From an uncultured bacterium (lineage in GTDB: Bacteria; Abyssobacteria; SURF-5), in contig CAZSKP010000049.1 in NCBI GenBank assembly GCA_964607485.1, forward strand, positions 1 to 26,968: a stretch of 26,968 bases of DNA, read 5' to 3'. Within the stretch, counting starts at the first letter, position 1. Every line of letters begins with the position of its first letter. The translations under genes were made by a program, and so were the position numbers. The notes beneath the pieces were generated by a model. That model was given only the letters and a program-made list of their open reading frames with translations. It did no database searches and had not been told where the DNA came from. Shown here piece by piece: positions 6,977 to 16,566 of the stretch.

Positions 6977-8725
6977 ATGGGAAATTTTGTGAAATTTGAG
7001 CTTCTGGGATACCGTTGGACCGTCAAGCCCGAGTTCCTGTCGATCATTCGAGAGAGAGTCATCCCCTCTGTTCTGTCGGGCAAAGACAGCTCCGATTTGA
7101 AGGTCGTTAAGAAGAAACTGGTCCGCAACTCCTTCATCTTTTCCACGGACGACGACTCCCCCGGCATTTTTGTCAAGGTGCACAAGTATGGGAAGGCGAA
7201 GGAGCGCATCAAGGCCATGGTCCTCGCTTCAAGGGCGAAGGCCGAGTGGAGGAAGGGGGAGGAGATGTTTCGGCTGGGGCTCCCCGTGGCGGAACCTTTG
7301 GGCTTCGGCGAGAAACGCTCGCGTGGGATAGTGACCGGATGTGTTTCGTTTCACCGGGTGATACCGGGCTGTGTCGGGCTCGCCGACTATCTCGCCCGCA
7401 GCCTGCCCCAGGAGCCCTTTCTTGCCTCTTCCGGAGACGAAGTTTCTTCGTCGCACGTGGACGAACTGTTGGAATCGTTGGGAGGGCTGGTGCGCCGGCT
7501 CCACTCCGCCGGCTTCTGGCATCCCGACATGCACACGGGCAATGTGCTTGTCGATTCGCACGTCACGCCGCCGAAGCTCTGGCTGGTTGACCTTCATTCC
7601 GTCGGCCGCGCCTCCGATATATCGCATCGGCGGCGCAGGAGAGACCTGGCGAAGCTGATTTTCTCTCTGAGAGACTTCCTTGAGGAATCGCAGTTGCGCA
7701 CGCTGCTCGCCGCCTACGAGCCCGGGGCCGATGAGAACGAAACCGAGGAACTGCTCGCGAAGATTCTGAAGGCGTCTGATTCTCTTCACAAGCGCCGAGT
7801 CCGAAGCCGGTCGAAACGATGCTTGAAGACGAGCGGAAGTTTCGTCGTCGAGAAGAGGGGGGACAAGAAGCTTTACCGCAGGCGCGAGTTCGACGCCGAT
7901 ACCATCCTGAACGCCGTGAATCGGCACAAAGAGGCGTGCTTTCTCAAGGGACCCGAGTTCATCAAGGCCACGCCCAAGAGGTCTGTGACCTCGTTCCTTC
8001 TGACAGAGGAGAACGGAACGAGGGTTTATGTAAAGGAGTTCTCGAACAGCGGCTTTATCAAGTTCCTGGAAACGGTATTCTATACGCATCGCGGCAAGAG
8101 GGCGTGGAAAGCCGCCAATCGGCTACGTGTGCTGGGAATTCCGTGCGCCGAGCCCGTCGCGCTCGTTGAGCAGAGGAGCTCCGGCCTGCTGCGGACGAGT
8201 TATCTGCTCATGGAAAACGTCTCGGGAGCCGACCAGCTCGACGACGTGCTGCGGCGCGCGTATCTTCCCGCTTCCGGACGCCTGAGTCGCGAAAAAGTAT
8301 TGGAGAAGAGAAACCTTGTTCGGGCCGGGGCTCACTTCCTGCGAAGCTTTCACTCGATGGGCATTTATCACGAAGACCTGTCTTCCAAGAACGTGCTGGT
8401 CACGCTCGGCGACGCCGGCGAGCCGCGGTTTTACTGCGTCGATTCAGACAGCATTCAATTTCCGTTGAGGCTTTCCCTGCGCCGTCGAATCAAGAACCTG
8501 GCGCAGCTCAACGGTCTTCCCGGATGCATCACGAGTGCGGACAAGGTCAGGTTCTACAAAGAATATTTTGGGTTGACGACCCTCACGCCGAGACACAGAA
8601 TATTCATTCGAATCATCCGCTGGATAAGTCGCCGCCGCGTCGAGCTTGCCAGGCTGGCGGACCTGAAACTCGCTGAGAAGGGAGAATGCAGGAAAGAATC
8701 GTATGAAGATATTGCATCTATTTAG
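6977..8725 (+). CDS. Tandem two-domain Kdo/WaaP/InaA-family LPS kinase
   Basis: Domain 1: FVKVH, SRAKAEW, FWHPDMHTGNVLV, LWLVDL. Domain 2: YVKEF, RGKRAW, IYHEDLSSKNVLV, YCVDSD, KNLAQLN. The first ATG is at 6977; the track start is TTG 6932. Confidence 0.82.
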   Translation: MGNFVKFELLGYRWTVKPEFLSIIRERVIPSVLSGKDSSDLKVVKKKLVRNSFIFSTDDDSPGIFVKVHKYGKAKERIKAMVLASRAKAEWRKGEEMFRLGLPVAEPLGFGEKRSRGIVTGCVSFHRVIPGCVGLADYLARSLPQEPFLASSGDEVSSSHVDELLESLGGLVRRLHSAGFWHPDMHTGNVLVDSHVTPPKLWLVDLHSVGRASDISHRRRRRDLAKLIFSLRDFLEESQLRTLLAAYEPGADENETEELLAKILKASDSLHKRRVRSRSKRCLKTSGSFVVEKRGDKKLYRRREFDADTILNAVNRHKEACFLKGPEFIKATPKRSVTSFLLTEENGTRVYVKEFSNSGFIKFLETVFYTHRGKRAWKAANRLRVLGIPCAEPVALVEQRSSGLLRTSYLLMENVSGADQLDDVLRRAYLPASGRLSREKVLEKRNLVRAGAHFLRSFHSMGIYHEDLSSKNVLVTLGDAGEPRFYCVDSDSIQFPLRLSLRRRIKNLAQLNGLPGCITSADKVRFYKEYFGLTTLTPRHRIFIRIIRWISRRRVELARLADLKLAEKGECRKESYEDIASI

Positions 8726-9851
8726 CAATGTGAAGCTCACGGGACCCGCCGAACCGGCGATAAGCCTGTGTGCCTCCCTCAAGCGGGTCGGTCACGACGT
8801 GATGTTTGCCTGCAGCGCCGGCAAGAGCAGCGTGAAGGAGGCGGCGATCAGCAGAGGGCTCGACCCGATTACCCGTTTTCGGCTGAACAAGCATTTGAGA
8901 ATCAAAGATAACATTCACGACCTGCGAAAGCTGCCGGCCTTCTTGAGAGAGAATCAGGTGAGCATGGTTCATGCGCATCTGGATAACGACCATCTGCTGG
9001 GCGGTCGCGCGTCCCGCACCGCGAACCAGGGCATTCTCGTCGTCAGGAGTTGCTATTCCGGAGACGGCATGAAGCCGACGTTTCGCAGCCGATATCTGTT
9101 GGGGAGATTGACCGACGGTCTCGTGGTCGCGTCTGAATCGGCCCGAAAGAGCGTCCTGGAGAATTTCCATTTTCCCGAGCGCAGGATATGGGTCGTTCAG
9201 GGGGCGGTGGACACCGACCGGTTCAGTGAGTCGAATGTGACGGCAAACCTCCGCCCGCAGTTCGGGCTGGAGAAGGATGACTTCGTCTTTGGGGTTGTTG
9301 CCAGGATTCAGCCCCATCGCCGGTTCGATGTGATGCTTAAGGCGATGAAAACGGTTTCGCGGACCGAGTCCGCGGCAAAGCTGCTCATCGTTGGCAGAGG
9401 CACGCGCATGCGGCAGGTGGCGGTCGAGCCCGTCGAGCGGATGCGGCTGGGAAGTTGCGTGAAGTTCGCCGGGTACCAGACGGGACAGGACTACGTCAAC
9501 ACGCTCGCGTGTTTCGATGCGATGATATTCCTGATGCCGGGCACCGACGGCACGTGTCGCGCCGTCAGGGAAGCCATGGCGATGGGCAAGCCCATAGTGG
9601 CCGCCCGTCGGGGAATGCTGCCGGAAATTGTGGACCATGCCCGGAACGGTTTTGTGATAGAGGACACACCGTCAAGCCTTGCGGAGGCCATGCGGTATCT
9701 CGTCAACAATCCCGAGGTTGTGGCATCGATGTCAACGCAGGCCCTCAAGAAGACACGGGAAGTCTTTCAATTGAATTCTCAGGCCCGCGCGGTCGGGTCC
9801 ATATACGAGCAGGTCGCGAAGATAGGGTGCATGGCGAAATCGGGCAAGTAG
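8703..9851 (+). CDS. Glycosyltransferase family 4
   Basis: MKILHL, VHAH, GAVDTDRF, GVVARIQPHR, LLIVGRG, EAMAMGKPIVA, LPEIV...NGF. Overlaps the upstream gene by 23 nt. Confidence 0.88.
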   Translation: MKILHLFSNVKLTGPAEPAISLCASLKRVGHDVMFACSAGKSSVKEAAISRGLDPITRFRLNKHLRIKDNIHDLRKLPAFLRENQVSMVHAHLDNDHLLGGRASRTANQGILVVRSCYSGDGMKPTFRSRYLLGRLTDGLVVASESARKSVLENFHFPERRIWVVQGAVDTDRFSESNVTANLRPQFGLEKDDFVFGVVARIQPHRRFDVMLKAMKTVSRTESAAKLLIVGRGTRMRQVAVEPVERMRLGSCVKFAGYQTGQDYVNTLACFDAMIFLMPGTDGTCRAVREAMAMGKPIVAARRGMLPEIVDHARNGFVIEDTPSSLAEAMRYLVNNPEVVASMSTQALKKTREVFQLNSQARAVGSIYEQVAKIGCMAKSGK

Positions 9852-9888
9852 CCCTGTCCGCGGGCGGCACGGAAGCGAAGAGGAGAAA

Positions 9889-11568
9889 ATGACGCGTTGC
9901 AGGCCAAAGCCATCGTGCATGGACGCGCTCATCATACTTGGAGTTGCAACGATTTTCTACGGATTCAAGTTGGGCTCCCGCAGTTTTGAGAATCATGACC
10001 ACCTGATGTTCGCTTCCATCGCCTCGAAAATGATGGAGACCCGAGACTGGCTCGTGATGCACACTGGCGGCGACGTGTATGCGAACAAACCTCATCTGCT
10101 CTTCTGGAGCATCTGCCTGTTTTCGCTTCCATACGGGGAAGTGACGCCGTTCACCGCTCGCCTGCCTTGCGCGCTTTCGGCCGTCGGGTCGTGCGTTGTA
10201 ACCTTTCTCTTTGCGCGCAGCCTGTTCAGTCGGCGGGCCGCCTATCTCGCGTCGTTCATTTTGATGGGCACGTGGGCTTTTTCGTGGAATGCGCAGCGAG
10301 TGAGGTTCGACATCATGTTGACATTCTTTACGCTGCTCGCATTGTTTCTCCTCTATACGGGATATAGAAAATACGAATCGGGCGGCGACGGAAGACGCTA
10401 TTACTTTTTCTCCGGACTCGCAATCGCGCTTTCGGTAATGGTCAAAGGACCGCTTGGCCTCTTCCTCACTCTGATGCCTTTCGTGATTTTTCTTGTCGTG
10501 CGGAAGCGATTCTCAGTCCACGTGATGAAGTTGGCATACGCGATAGTACCCCTTGTATTTCTCATCGGGATTTGGTTCTTCGTCTATTTCCGCGCCGTGG
10601 GCGCGAAGCCGCTCTCGGATGCGCTGTTCCATGATACGATCGCGCATGTTGTGGATAAGAGCGATCAGGGTCCGAGGGGTCCTTTCTATTATTATCTCGT
10701 GGATATCCCGCTGAAGTTGGCGCCCTGGAGCATCTTCTTCCCCGTCGTTGCAGCGTTCCTGTTCCGCTTGTTCTCGCGGGAGCGTCCCGAGAATTACCTG
10801 TTTCTCCTCGTGTGGATAGCGTCCGTAGTCGTCATGCTTTCGTTGGCTTATTCAAAGTTTTCACGCTACTCGTTCCCGATTTATCCCGCCCTGACAATGA
10901 TGGTCGCCGGCGTTGCCGCCGCGAGAATAGATGACGAGGATTCCATGCAGCCGTGGGCGCGGCGACTTGCGGATTCGCTTGCCGCCTGGGTCGGGGTCGG
11001 GATGTCGATGGCGACGATTGCGTCCCTTGTGGTTTCTCTCCTTGTGGAACAGTATCGCTGGCTGTTCTGGGTTTCGTTGTTGTTTGCGGCGATAGCGTTG
11101 CCGCTGGCCCTCGGCGTCCCGCGGGCCGCGCCGAGAAAGCGTTTCGCGCGAGGGCTGATGTTGATGATAACTTTCATGCTGTTTTTCAACTGGGCCTATA
11201 TCGCGTTCTTGTCCGCTTACAACGACAAATATTCTCCCATGACAATCGCCTATGGAAAGTTGAAGAACGCGATAGAGGACGGAAGGGTTTCGACGTATAA
11301 TTTCAGCAGTTCCATTTTGGAGTATTACAGCAAGACCCGTATCCCCAGGCTTTCGGACCCGTCCGAGCTTGACTCATACATGAGCAACGACAGCCCCGTC
11401 TATTGCCTCATAACTGAATCGGACTTGATGAGACTGCCCGATGCGACGAAACGAGACCTGATACCTCTCGAGAAGTTGGAAGCGAGACGAGACGAGACGT
11501 TTGTTATAGTTTCCAACGAAAGCCCGGAGCAATCGTGGCGCATGATGGATACGAAACTCGCGCAGTAA
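9889..11568 (+). CDS. ArnT/PMT_2-like (GT39/GT83, GT-C fold) integral-membrane glycosyltransferase
   Basis: Many hydrophobic segments; M.ETRDW, NKPHLLFW, ARLPCAL, RFDIML, VKGPLG, PFYYYL, LAPWS, SK.SRY.FPIYPAL. SD AGGAGA before ATG 9889. Confidence 0.85.
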   Translation: MTRCRPKPSCMDALIILGVATIFYGFKLGSRSFENHDHLMFASIASKMMETRDWLVMHTGGDVYANKPHLLFWSICLFSLPYGEVTPFTARLPCALSAVGSCVVTFLFARSLFSRRAAYLASFILMGTWAFSWNAQRVRFDIMLTFFTLLALFLLYTGYRKYESGGDGRRYYFFSGLAIALSVMVKGPLGLFLTLMPFVIFLVVRKRFSVHVMKLAYAIVPLVFLIGIWFFVYFRAVGAKPLSDALFHDTIAHVVDKSDQGPRGPFYYYLVDIPLKLAPWSIFFPVVAAFLFRLFSRERPENYLFLLVWIASVVVMLSLAYSKFSRYSFPIYPALTMMVAGVAAARIDDEDSMQPWARRLADSLAAWVGVGMSMATIASLVVSLLVEQYRWLFWVSLLFAAIALPLALGVPRAAPRKRFARGLMLMITFMLFFNWAYIAFLSAYNDKYSPMTIAYGKLKNAIEDGRVSTYNFSSSILEYYSKTRIPRLSDPSELDSYMSNDSPVYCLITESDLMRLPDATKRDLIPLEKLEARRDETFVIVSNESPEQSWRMMDTKLAQ

Positions 11569-11571
11569 GCC

Positions 11572-12783
11572 GTGGTCCGTTTTCCCGGTTCGGCCGCACC
11601 AGAGTCCCCGCTTTTTGAGAGGCTTCTGCCTTTGGACGATCGCTACACAATTCTCATATCCGACTTCCATCGTCACGGCGGCGGGCACTGTGTGTATGTG
11701 CACACGCTGGCGAAGCACCTGCTCCGTCTCGGGCACCGTCCGCTGGTGGCATGTGCCGCCGGGAGCCAACTGGCGGCCGATTGCGGGGAGAGCGGAATCG
11801 AGGTCATCGATTCTTTCCGCTTCGATGGGGGATTCACGCCGTTGAGTTTCTACAAGGACGTCGCGTTGGCCAACCGCATGAAGGCGAAGCATCACGTCGA
11901 TCTCACGCACGTGAGCGGCTCCAGAGACCATTGGGTCATGGCCACCGCCGACTTCCTTTCTCATGAGAAGACACCTCTCGTGCGCACACGGCACAGCACA
12001 AAACCCGTCAAGAACACGGTGTTCAACAGAATCCTGAATCAGCGGCTGACCAGTCGAACGATTTGCGTGTGTCAGGACCTCAAGGAGATGCTTTCGGAAT
12101 CGCCCGTCTTTCGGAACCACGAAATGGATGTCATTCACAACGGCATCGAACTGAGTGAGTTCACCCCCGGCCCGCCTGCCGTCCGGGTGCTCGAAGAGTT
12201 CGGCGTCTCGGCCGATGACTTCGTAATCGGAATCGTGGGACGGCTCGACTGGGACAAGGGGCACAAGTATCTCTTCGAGGCGGCGGCCCCGCTCATAAAT
12301 GGAGAATTCGGCAACATCACGATAATGGTGGTCGGCTTCGGGCCGGAACGCGGGAATCTCGAACGGCTGTGTCAGACACTAGGCATCTCGCACCGGGTTG
12401 TGTTCACGGGAGCGCGCAACGACATGAGAGAGGTGATGTCGGTCTTCGACATCGGCGTGCATCCTTCAATCGGCGTCGATACATCTTCATATGCGATGAA
12501 GGAAATGATGGCAATGGAAAAGCCGATAGTCTGCTCCAGCTACGGCGGGCTCAAGGAAATAACTGACGATGGGCTGACCGGAATCGTTGTCCCGCCTCGG
12601 GATTCCGAAGCGATCCGGGAGGGAATCATAAGGTTGTATCGGTCGGAAGAGATGCGCAGGAAAATGGGCGAAGCGGCCAGGAAAAAAGTCGAGAATGAAT
12701 TCACGGCGGAAGCCTTTGCGCGGACGACGCTGCGAGTTTACGAAAGCATAATCGAGAGGTCACGGACAGGCGAAAGGCAATAG
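11572..12783 (+). CDS. Glycosyltransferase family 4
   Basis: GGG, VRTRH, VIHNGIEL..F, IGIVGRLDWDKGH, VVGFGPER, EMMAMEKPIV, TGIVVPPRD. The true start may be TTG 11632, which follows the SD GAGAGG. Confidence 0.88.
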   Translation: MVRFPGSAAPESPLFERLLPLDDRYTILISDFHRHGGGHCVYVHTLAKHLLRLGHRPLVACAAGSQLAADCGESGIEVIDSFRFDGGFTPLSFYKDVALANRMKAKHHVDLTHVSGSRDHWVMATADFLSHEKTPLVRTRHSTKPVKNTVFNRILNQRLTSRTICVCQDLKEMLSESPVFRNHEMDVIHNGIELSEFTPGPPAVRVLEEFGVSADDFVIGIVGRLDWDKGHKYLFEAAAPLINGEFGNITIMVVGFGPERGNLERLCQTLGISHRVVFTGARNDMREVMSVFDIGVHPSIGVDTSSYAMKEMMAMEKPIVCSSYGGLKEITDDGLTGIVVPPRDSEAIREGIIRLYRSEEMRRKMGEAARKKVENEFTAEAFARTTLRVYESIIERSRTGERQ

Positions 12784-12867
12784 CCCTCGCAGCAATTTTT
12801 CGCTCGGGCGTCCAACACATTCTCCAAGTGTTTGTCTGTGGATGAGAACGGAACAAAGCAGGAACTC

Positions 12868-13959
12868 ATGAGAATCGCCATCGACGCCAGCTCCGCCGCC
12901 ATTCCGCAAAAGACCGGTGTGGCGAAGTACATACAGCGGTTGATAGAGAATGCGGAGAGGCTTGACGATAAAAACGAGTACATGATATGTTACCGCTTGA
13001 GCAGGCGGAAAAACCGCCGGCATTTCTATCAGCCTCAAGTACAATCAACGAAAGTCAGACTCTTTCAGGAGCCCTTCTTCACGGGGAAAGGGCTCGACGT
13101 CTTTCACGGGCCCGACGCGCGGCTGCCAAAAGTCCGCGGGCCGAAATTGGTAGCGACCGTGCACGACCTGTTCTCGCTCGTTTCCGAAGAGTTCGCCGAG
13201 GACAAGTTCCGCCGAAAAAAGATATCACGATACAGAGACATCGCCACAAGAGCCGACCGGATTATCTGCGTGTCTGAGAGCACGCGCCGCGACCTCATCC
13301 GATTCTTTCCCGAAGCCGAACCGAAAACATGCGTCATATATGAGGGTGTGGATGAGCAGTTCTGTCCCAGGACGGAGGAGGAGGTGGAACGGGTCAAGCG
13401 CAAATACGGAGTGCGGTCCGACTATATTCTCTATGTCGGTGAACTGTCGAAGCGCAAGAACATCCTTCGCATGTTCGACGCATTCCGACATGCGCGAGAC
13501 CAGTCGGGCGAGGACGTGCAGTTCGTAGCGGCGGGGAAACTCACATACGGCAAAGAGGAAATACTGAAGTACATCCGGGACAATCGCTGCGACACCCAGA
13601 TTCTGCTGCCCGGTTACGTCCCCGAGGAAGACCTGCCGGCGCTGTACTCGGGCGCCCGACTCTTCCTGTTCGCCACGCTCTACGAAGGCTTCGGCCTGCC
13701 GATCCTCGAAGCGATGGGCTGCGGCACGCCGGTCGTGACCTCTAATATTTCTGCAATGCCGGAGATAGGAGGAGGCTTCGTCTCTGAGGTCGATCCCTAC
13801 AGCGAGGCTCAGATAGCCTCCGCGATTGGAAACATACTGGGTGAGAGGAATCCCCGTGTGAACCGTCGGGATGAACAACTGGAATATGTACGCTCGTTCA
13901 CGTGGGAGAAGACGGTCCGCAAGACTCTGGAAGTGCATCGCATGGTTTCCATTTCATAA
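12868..13959 (+). CDS. Glycosyltransferase family 4 (MtfB/WbpY-like)
   Basis: MRIAIDA, TGVAKY, TVHDL, IICVSESTRRDL, RKN, YEGFGLPILEAMGCGTPVVTSN, FTWEKT. SD AGGA before ATG 12868. Confidence 0.9.
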   Translation: MRIAIDASSAAIPQKTGVAKYIQRLIENAERLDDKNEYMICYRLSRRKNRRHFYQPQVQSTKVRLFQEPFFTGKGLDVFHGPDARLPKVRGPKLVATVHDLFSLVSEEFAEDKFRRKKISRYRDIATRADRIICVSESTRRDLIRFFPEAEPKTCVIYEGVDEQFCPRTEEEVERVKRKYGVRSDYILYVGELSKRKNILRMFDAFRHARDQSGEDVQFVAAGKLTYGKEEILKYIRDNRCDTQILLPGYVPEEDLPALYSGARLFLFATLYEGFGLPILEAMGCGTPVVTSNISAMPEIGGGFVSEVDPYSEAQIASAIGNILGERNPRVNRRDEQLEYVRSFTWEKTVRKTLEVHRMVSIS

Positions 13960-13983
13960 AGGGTCTGTGACGGTTTTTAGAGA

Positions 13984-15624
13984 ATGCACCAGAGAGTGAA
14001 GGAAAATACCAACCGGGGGAGAATCTTTGTCTTCGGTATCGACTCGGCTACTTTCAGTGTCATGTTGCCCCTTGTCGAGCAAGGGAAAATGCCGAGTACC
14101 GAAAAGCTTATGAAGGAAGGAAGCTGGGGAAATCTCCTCTCCACACATCCTCCCCTGACACCTCCGGCCTGGACGTCGTTTATGACCGGACGAATGCCGG
14201 AACATCACGGAATTTTCGACTTTTGGGAAAATGAAATGTTCGGCCGCAAATACAAGCGAAGGTATGTCGGCTCCGAAGATATCCGATGTCACACGATATT
14301 CAGGATACTCGACTTTCATGGAAAAAAGAGCCTCGTCGTCGGAATGCCGATGACCTATCCGCCATTCAAAATCAACGGGGCGCTGATCAGCGGGTTCATG
14401 ACGCCCGGAGTGGAGTCGGATTTTACGTATCCCAGGGATTTGAAAGCGAAATTGTTGGCCCGCTTCGGCGATTACGTCTTCGATCCAGAGCCTAAGGAAT
14501 TCGACGAAAAGGCCGAAGACGATATCATCGACAGCTTGATTTCTTCCGACCGCAGCAAGGTGCAGGGCGCCGATTTGCTGATGGAGCTTCACAAGGATTG
14601 GGACTTGTTATCCGTGATCCTTTCGTCGGTGGACCATATCCAACATCATTTTTGGAAGTATGCGGACCCCCTTCATCCCGGCTGCAACTCCGAAAAGGCA
14701 GAAGCCTACCGGCAAACGATAGATTCTTCCTACATCCGGCTGGACAATTATCTGAAAGATTTTCTTGAGCGCCTCTCGCCGGACGACACCGTAATCGTGA
14801 TTTCCGACCACGGGGCTGGTCCCGCGCGAGTCGTATTCCACATAGATACGTGGCTGAAACGGAATGGATATCTGAAGGCTAATCCCCGCGTGGTATTGAA
14901 GAATCGGCTGAAGCGGATTCATCGAAATGTCGATGGTGTGATGAGAGACCTGCTGAAGATTCCCGCCCAAAGAAGAAAAAGGCTGAAGGAAAGGGTATTC
15001 TACAGATGGACGCGCGCGTTCGGCGGCGGCCGATTCGAGAAGGGAATCTACCTGAATGAGAAGGGGAAAAGGCCGGCCGGAACCGTCAAGCCGGGAGCTG
15101 AGTATGAGGCTCTCAGGGCTGAATTGATAGCTTCGTTGGAAAAGGTAAAAGACCCTCGCTCGGGTGAGTACGTTTTCGAATGGATTAAGCCTCGCGAGGA
15201 GGTTTACAGTGGAGGCTTCTCGCGACTCGCTCCAGATATCTTGTTCGAGAACAACCCCGGCTATGAAGTTGTGCCGGGCATTCGGAACAACCTGTTCGAC
15301 TGTAACGCCGACATGTCGGGCATCCATGAACCGGAAGGAATCTTCGTCTCAAGCGGGCCTGCCATCAAGAAAAATCATCATTTTGAATCTGCGCATATAA
15401 CGGATGTGGCTCCGACGATTCTCTACCTAATGGGGTTGCCGGTCGATGCCGACATGGACGGAAGGTTGCTCGAAGATATTATACGAGACGACTACAAGAG
15501 CGAACATCCGCCGGAGTTCATCAAATATTCCGAACTCACTCCTTTCGAGAATAGAGGTCGGTCTTACACGGACGATGAAGAAGAAATCATGAAGCGGAAA
15601 CTCGAAAGCCTCGGCTATATGTGA
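13984..15624 (+). CDS. Alkaline-phosphatase superfamily protein (type I phosphodiesterase/nucleotide pyrophosphatase-like)
   Basis: VFGIDSAT, STHPPLTPPAWTSFMTG..P.HHGIFDF, DHIQHHFW, VISDHG, SGIHEPEGIF, DVAPTILYLMG and the family C-terminus KLESLGY. Confidence 0.85.
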   Translation: MHQRVKENTNRGRIFVFGIDSATFSVMLPLVEQGKMPSTEKLMKEGSWGNLLSTHPPLTPPAWTSFMTGRMPEHHGIFDFWENEMFGRKYKRRYVGSEDIRCHTIFRILDFHGKKSLVVGMPMTYPPFKINGALISGFMTPGVESDFTYPRDLKAKLLARFGDYVFDPEPKEFDEKAEDDIIDSLISSDRSKVQGADLLMELHKDWDLLSVILSSVDHIQHHFWKYADPLHPGCNSEKAEAYRQTIDSSYIRLDNYLKDFLERLSPDDTVIVISDHGAGPARVVFHIDTWLKRNGYLKANPRVVLKNRLKRIHRNVDGVMRDLLKIPAQRRKRLKERVFYRWTRAFGGGRFEKGIYLNEKGKRPAGTVKPGAEYEALRAELIASLEKVKDPRSGEYVFEWIKPREEVYSGGFSRLAPDILFENNPGYEVVPGIRNNLFDCNADMSGIHEPEGIFVSSGPAIKKNHHFESAHITDVAPTILYLMGLPVDADMDGRLLEDIIRDDYKSEHPPEFIKYSELTPFENRGRSYTDDEEEIMKRKLESLGYM

Positions 15625-15642
15625 GGAGGTATTGACACGCCC

Positions 15643-16566
15643 TTGAATGTGGACGTCAGCGTGATAATCTGCACCCTCAACAGGAAGGACTTTCTCCAGG
15701 CGACTCTTGAGAGCCTCCGGAATCTCAAGACCTCTGACGGATTGACTCATGAGGTCTTGCTGATCGACAATGGGTCCACCGATAAGACCCGCGATGTGAT
15801 AAGCAGCTTTGTGGAAAGGAACCCGGAGCTCTACAAATACCACTTCGAACCGAAAGAGGGGAAGTCCAACGCGCTGAATCTTGGAATACAACATGCCCGC
15901 GGGAAAATCATCGCGTTTACCGACGATGACGTGGTTGTCGATGAGAATTGGATTCAGGCGCTTTGGGATACGTTTGTTGAAAGAGAGGAGATAGTCGGGG
16001 TCCAGGGCAGGATATTGCTTCAGGAAGAGATCAAGCGCCTGCCGCCGTGGGCCGACCCCGACGACCTGCTCTTCTGCTGCTATTTCGCTCCCGGCTTCAC
16101 ACCCTGTTACGGCACCATAGTCGCAGGCGCCAACATGGCTTTTCGGAGAGAAGCGTTCGAAAAATATGGAACGTTCGACTCCCGGCTCGGACCTGGTACA
16201 TCGACATTCGGCGAAGAGACAGAGTTCGGCGTGCGTCTCAAAAATGCCGGCGAGAGAATATTGTATCAGCCCAAGGCCGTCGTGTTTCACAGGTATGACG
16301 AACAACGCTTCACATGGGAATACTGGTGTGAGAGAATCCGGCAAGCCGCACACGGCAGCGCGGTTTTGGATGTCCTGATACACCGAAGAAAGATCAGCCA
16401 TCTTGCGAACCGGAGGAAGCTGACGCGCTATTACGCCAAATACTTTCTGAGCGCGTTGCTCCGAGATCGGCAGAAAAGGAATAAGTATGACAGAAGAATC
16501 AGGTACCAGAAGCACTATATGAGATTCGCATGGCAACTGACGAAAGAGACACAGAACAGAAACTGA
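15643..16566 (+). CDS. Glycosyltransferase family 2
   Basis: VSVIICTLNR, IDNGSTD, GKSNALNLG, AFTDDD, GANMAFRR, GEETE. SD GAGGAGGT upstream; start is TTG 15643 or GTG 15649. Confidence 0.88.
   Translation: MNVDVSVIICTLNRKDFLQATLESLRNLKTSDGLTHEVLLIDNGSTDKTRDVISSFVERNPELYKYHFEPKEGKSNALNLGIQHARGKIIAFTDDDVVVDENWIQALWDTFVEREEIVGVQGRILLQEEIKRLPPWADPDDLLFCCYFAPGFTPCYGTIVAGANMAFRREAFEKYGTFDSRLGPGTSTFGEETEFGVRLKNAGERILYQPKAVVFHRYDEQRFTWEYWCERIRQAAHGSAVLDVLIHRRKISHLANRRKLTRYYAKYFLSALLRDRQKRNKYDRRIRYQKHYMRFAWQLTKETQNRN

Noticed and set aside
15622..15645. The AlkP-family gene and the next GT2 are in the same frame, separated by a single TGA (possible readthrough fusion)
   Set aside because: LESLGYM is the normal C-terminus of this family, a strong SD (GAGGAGGT) serves the GT2, and a shared frame occurs by chance one time in three.
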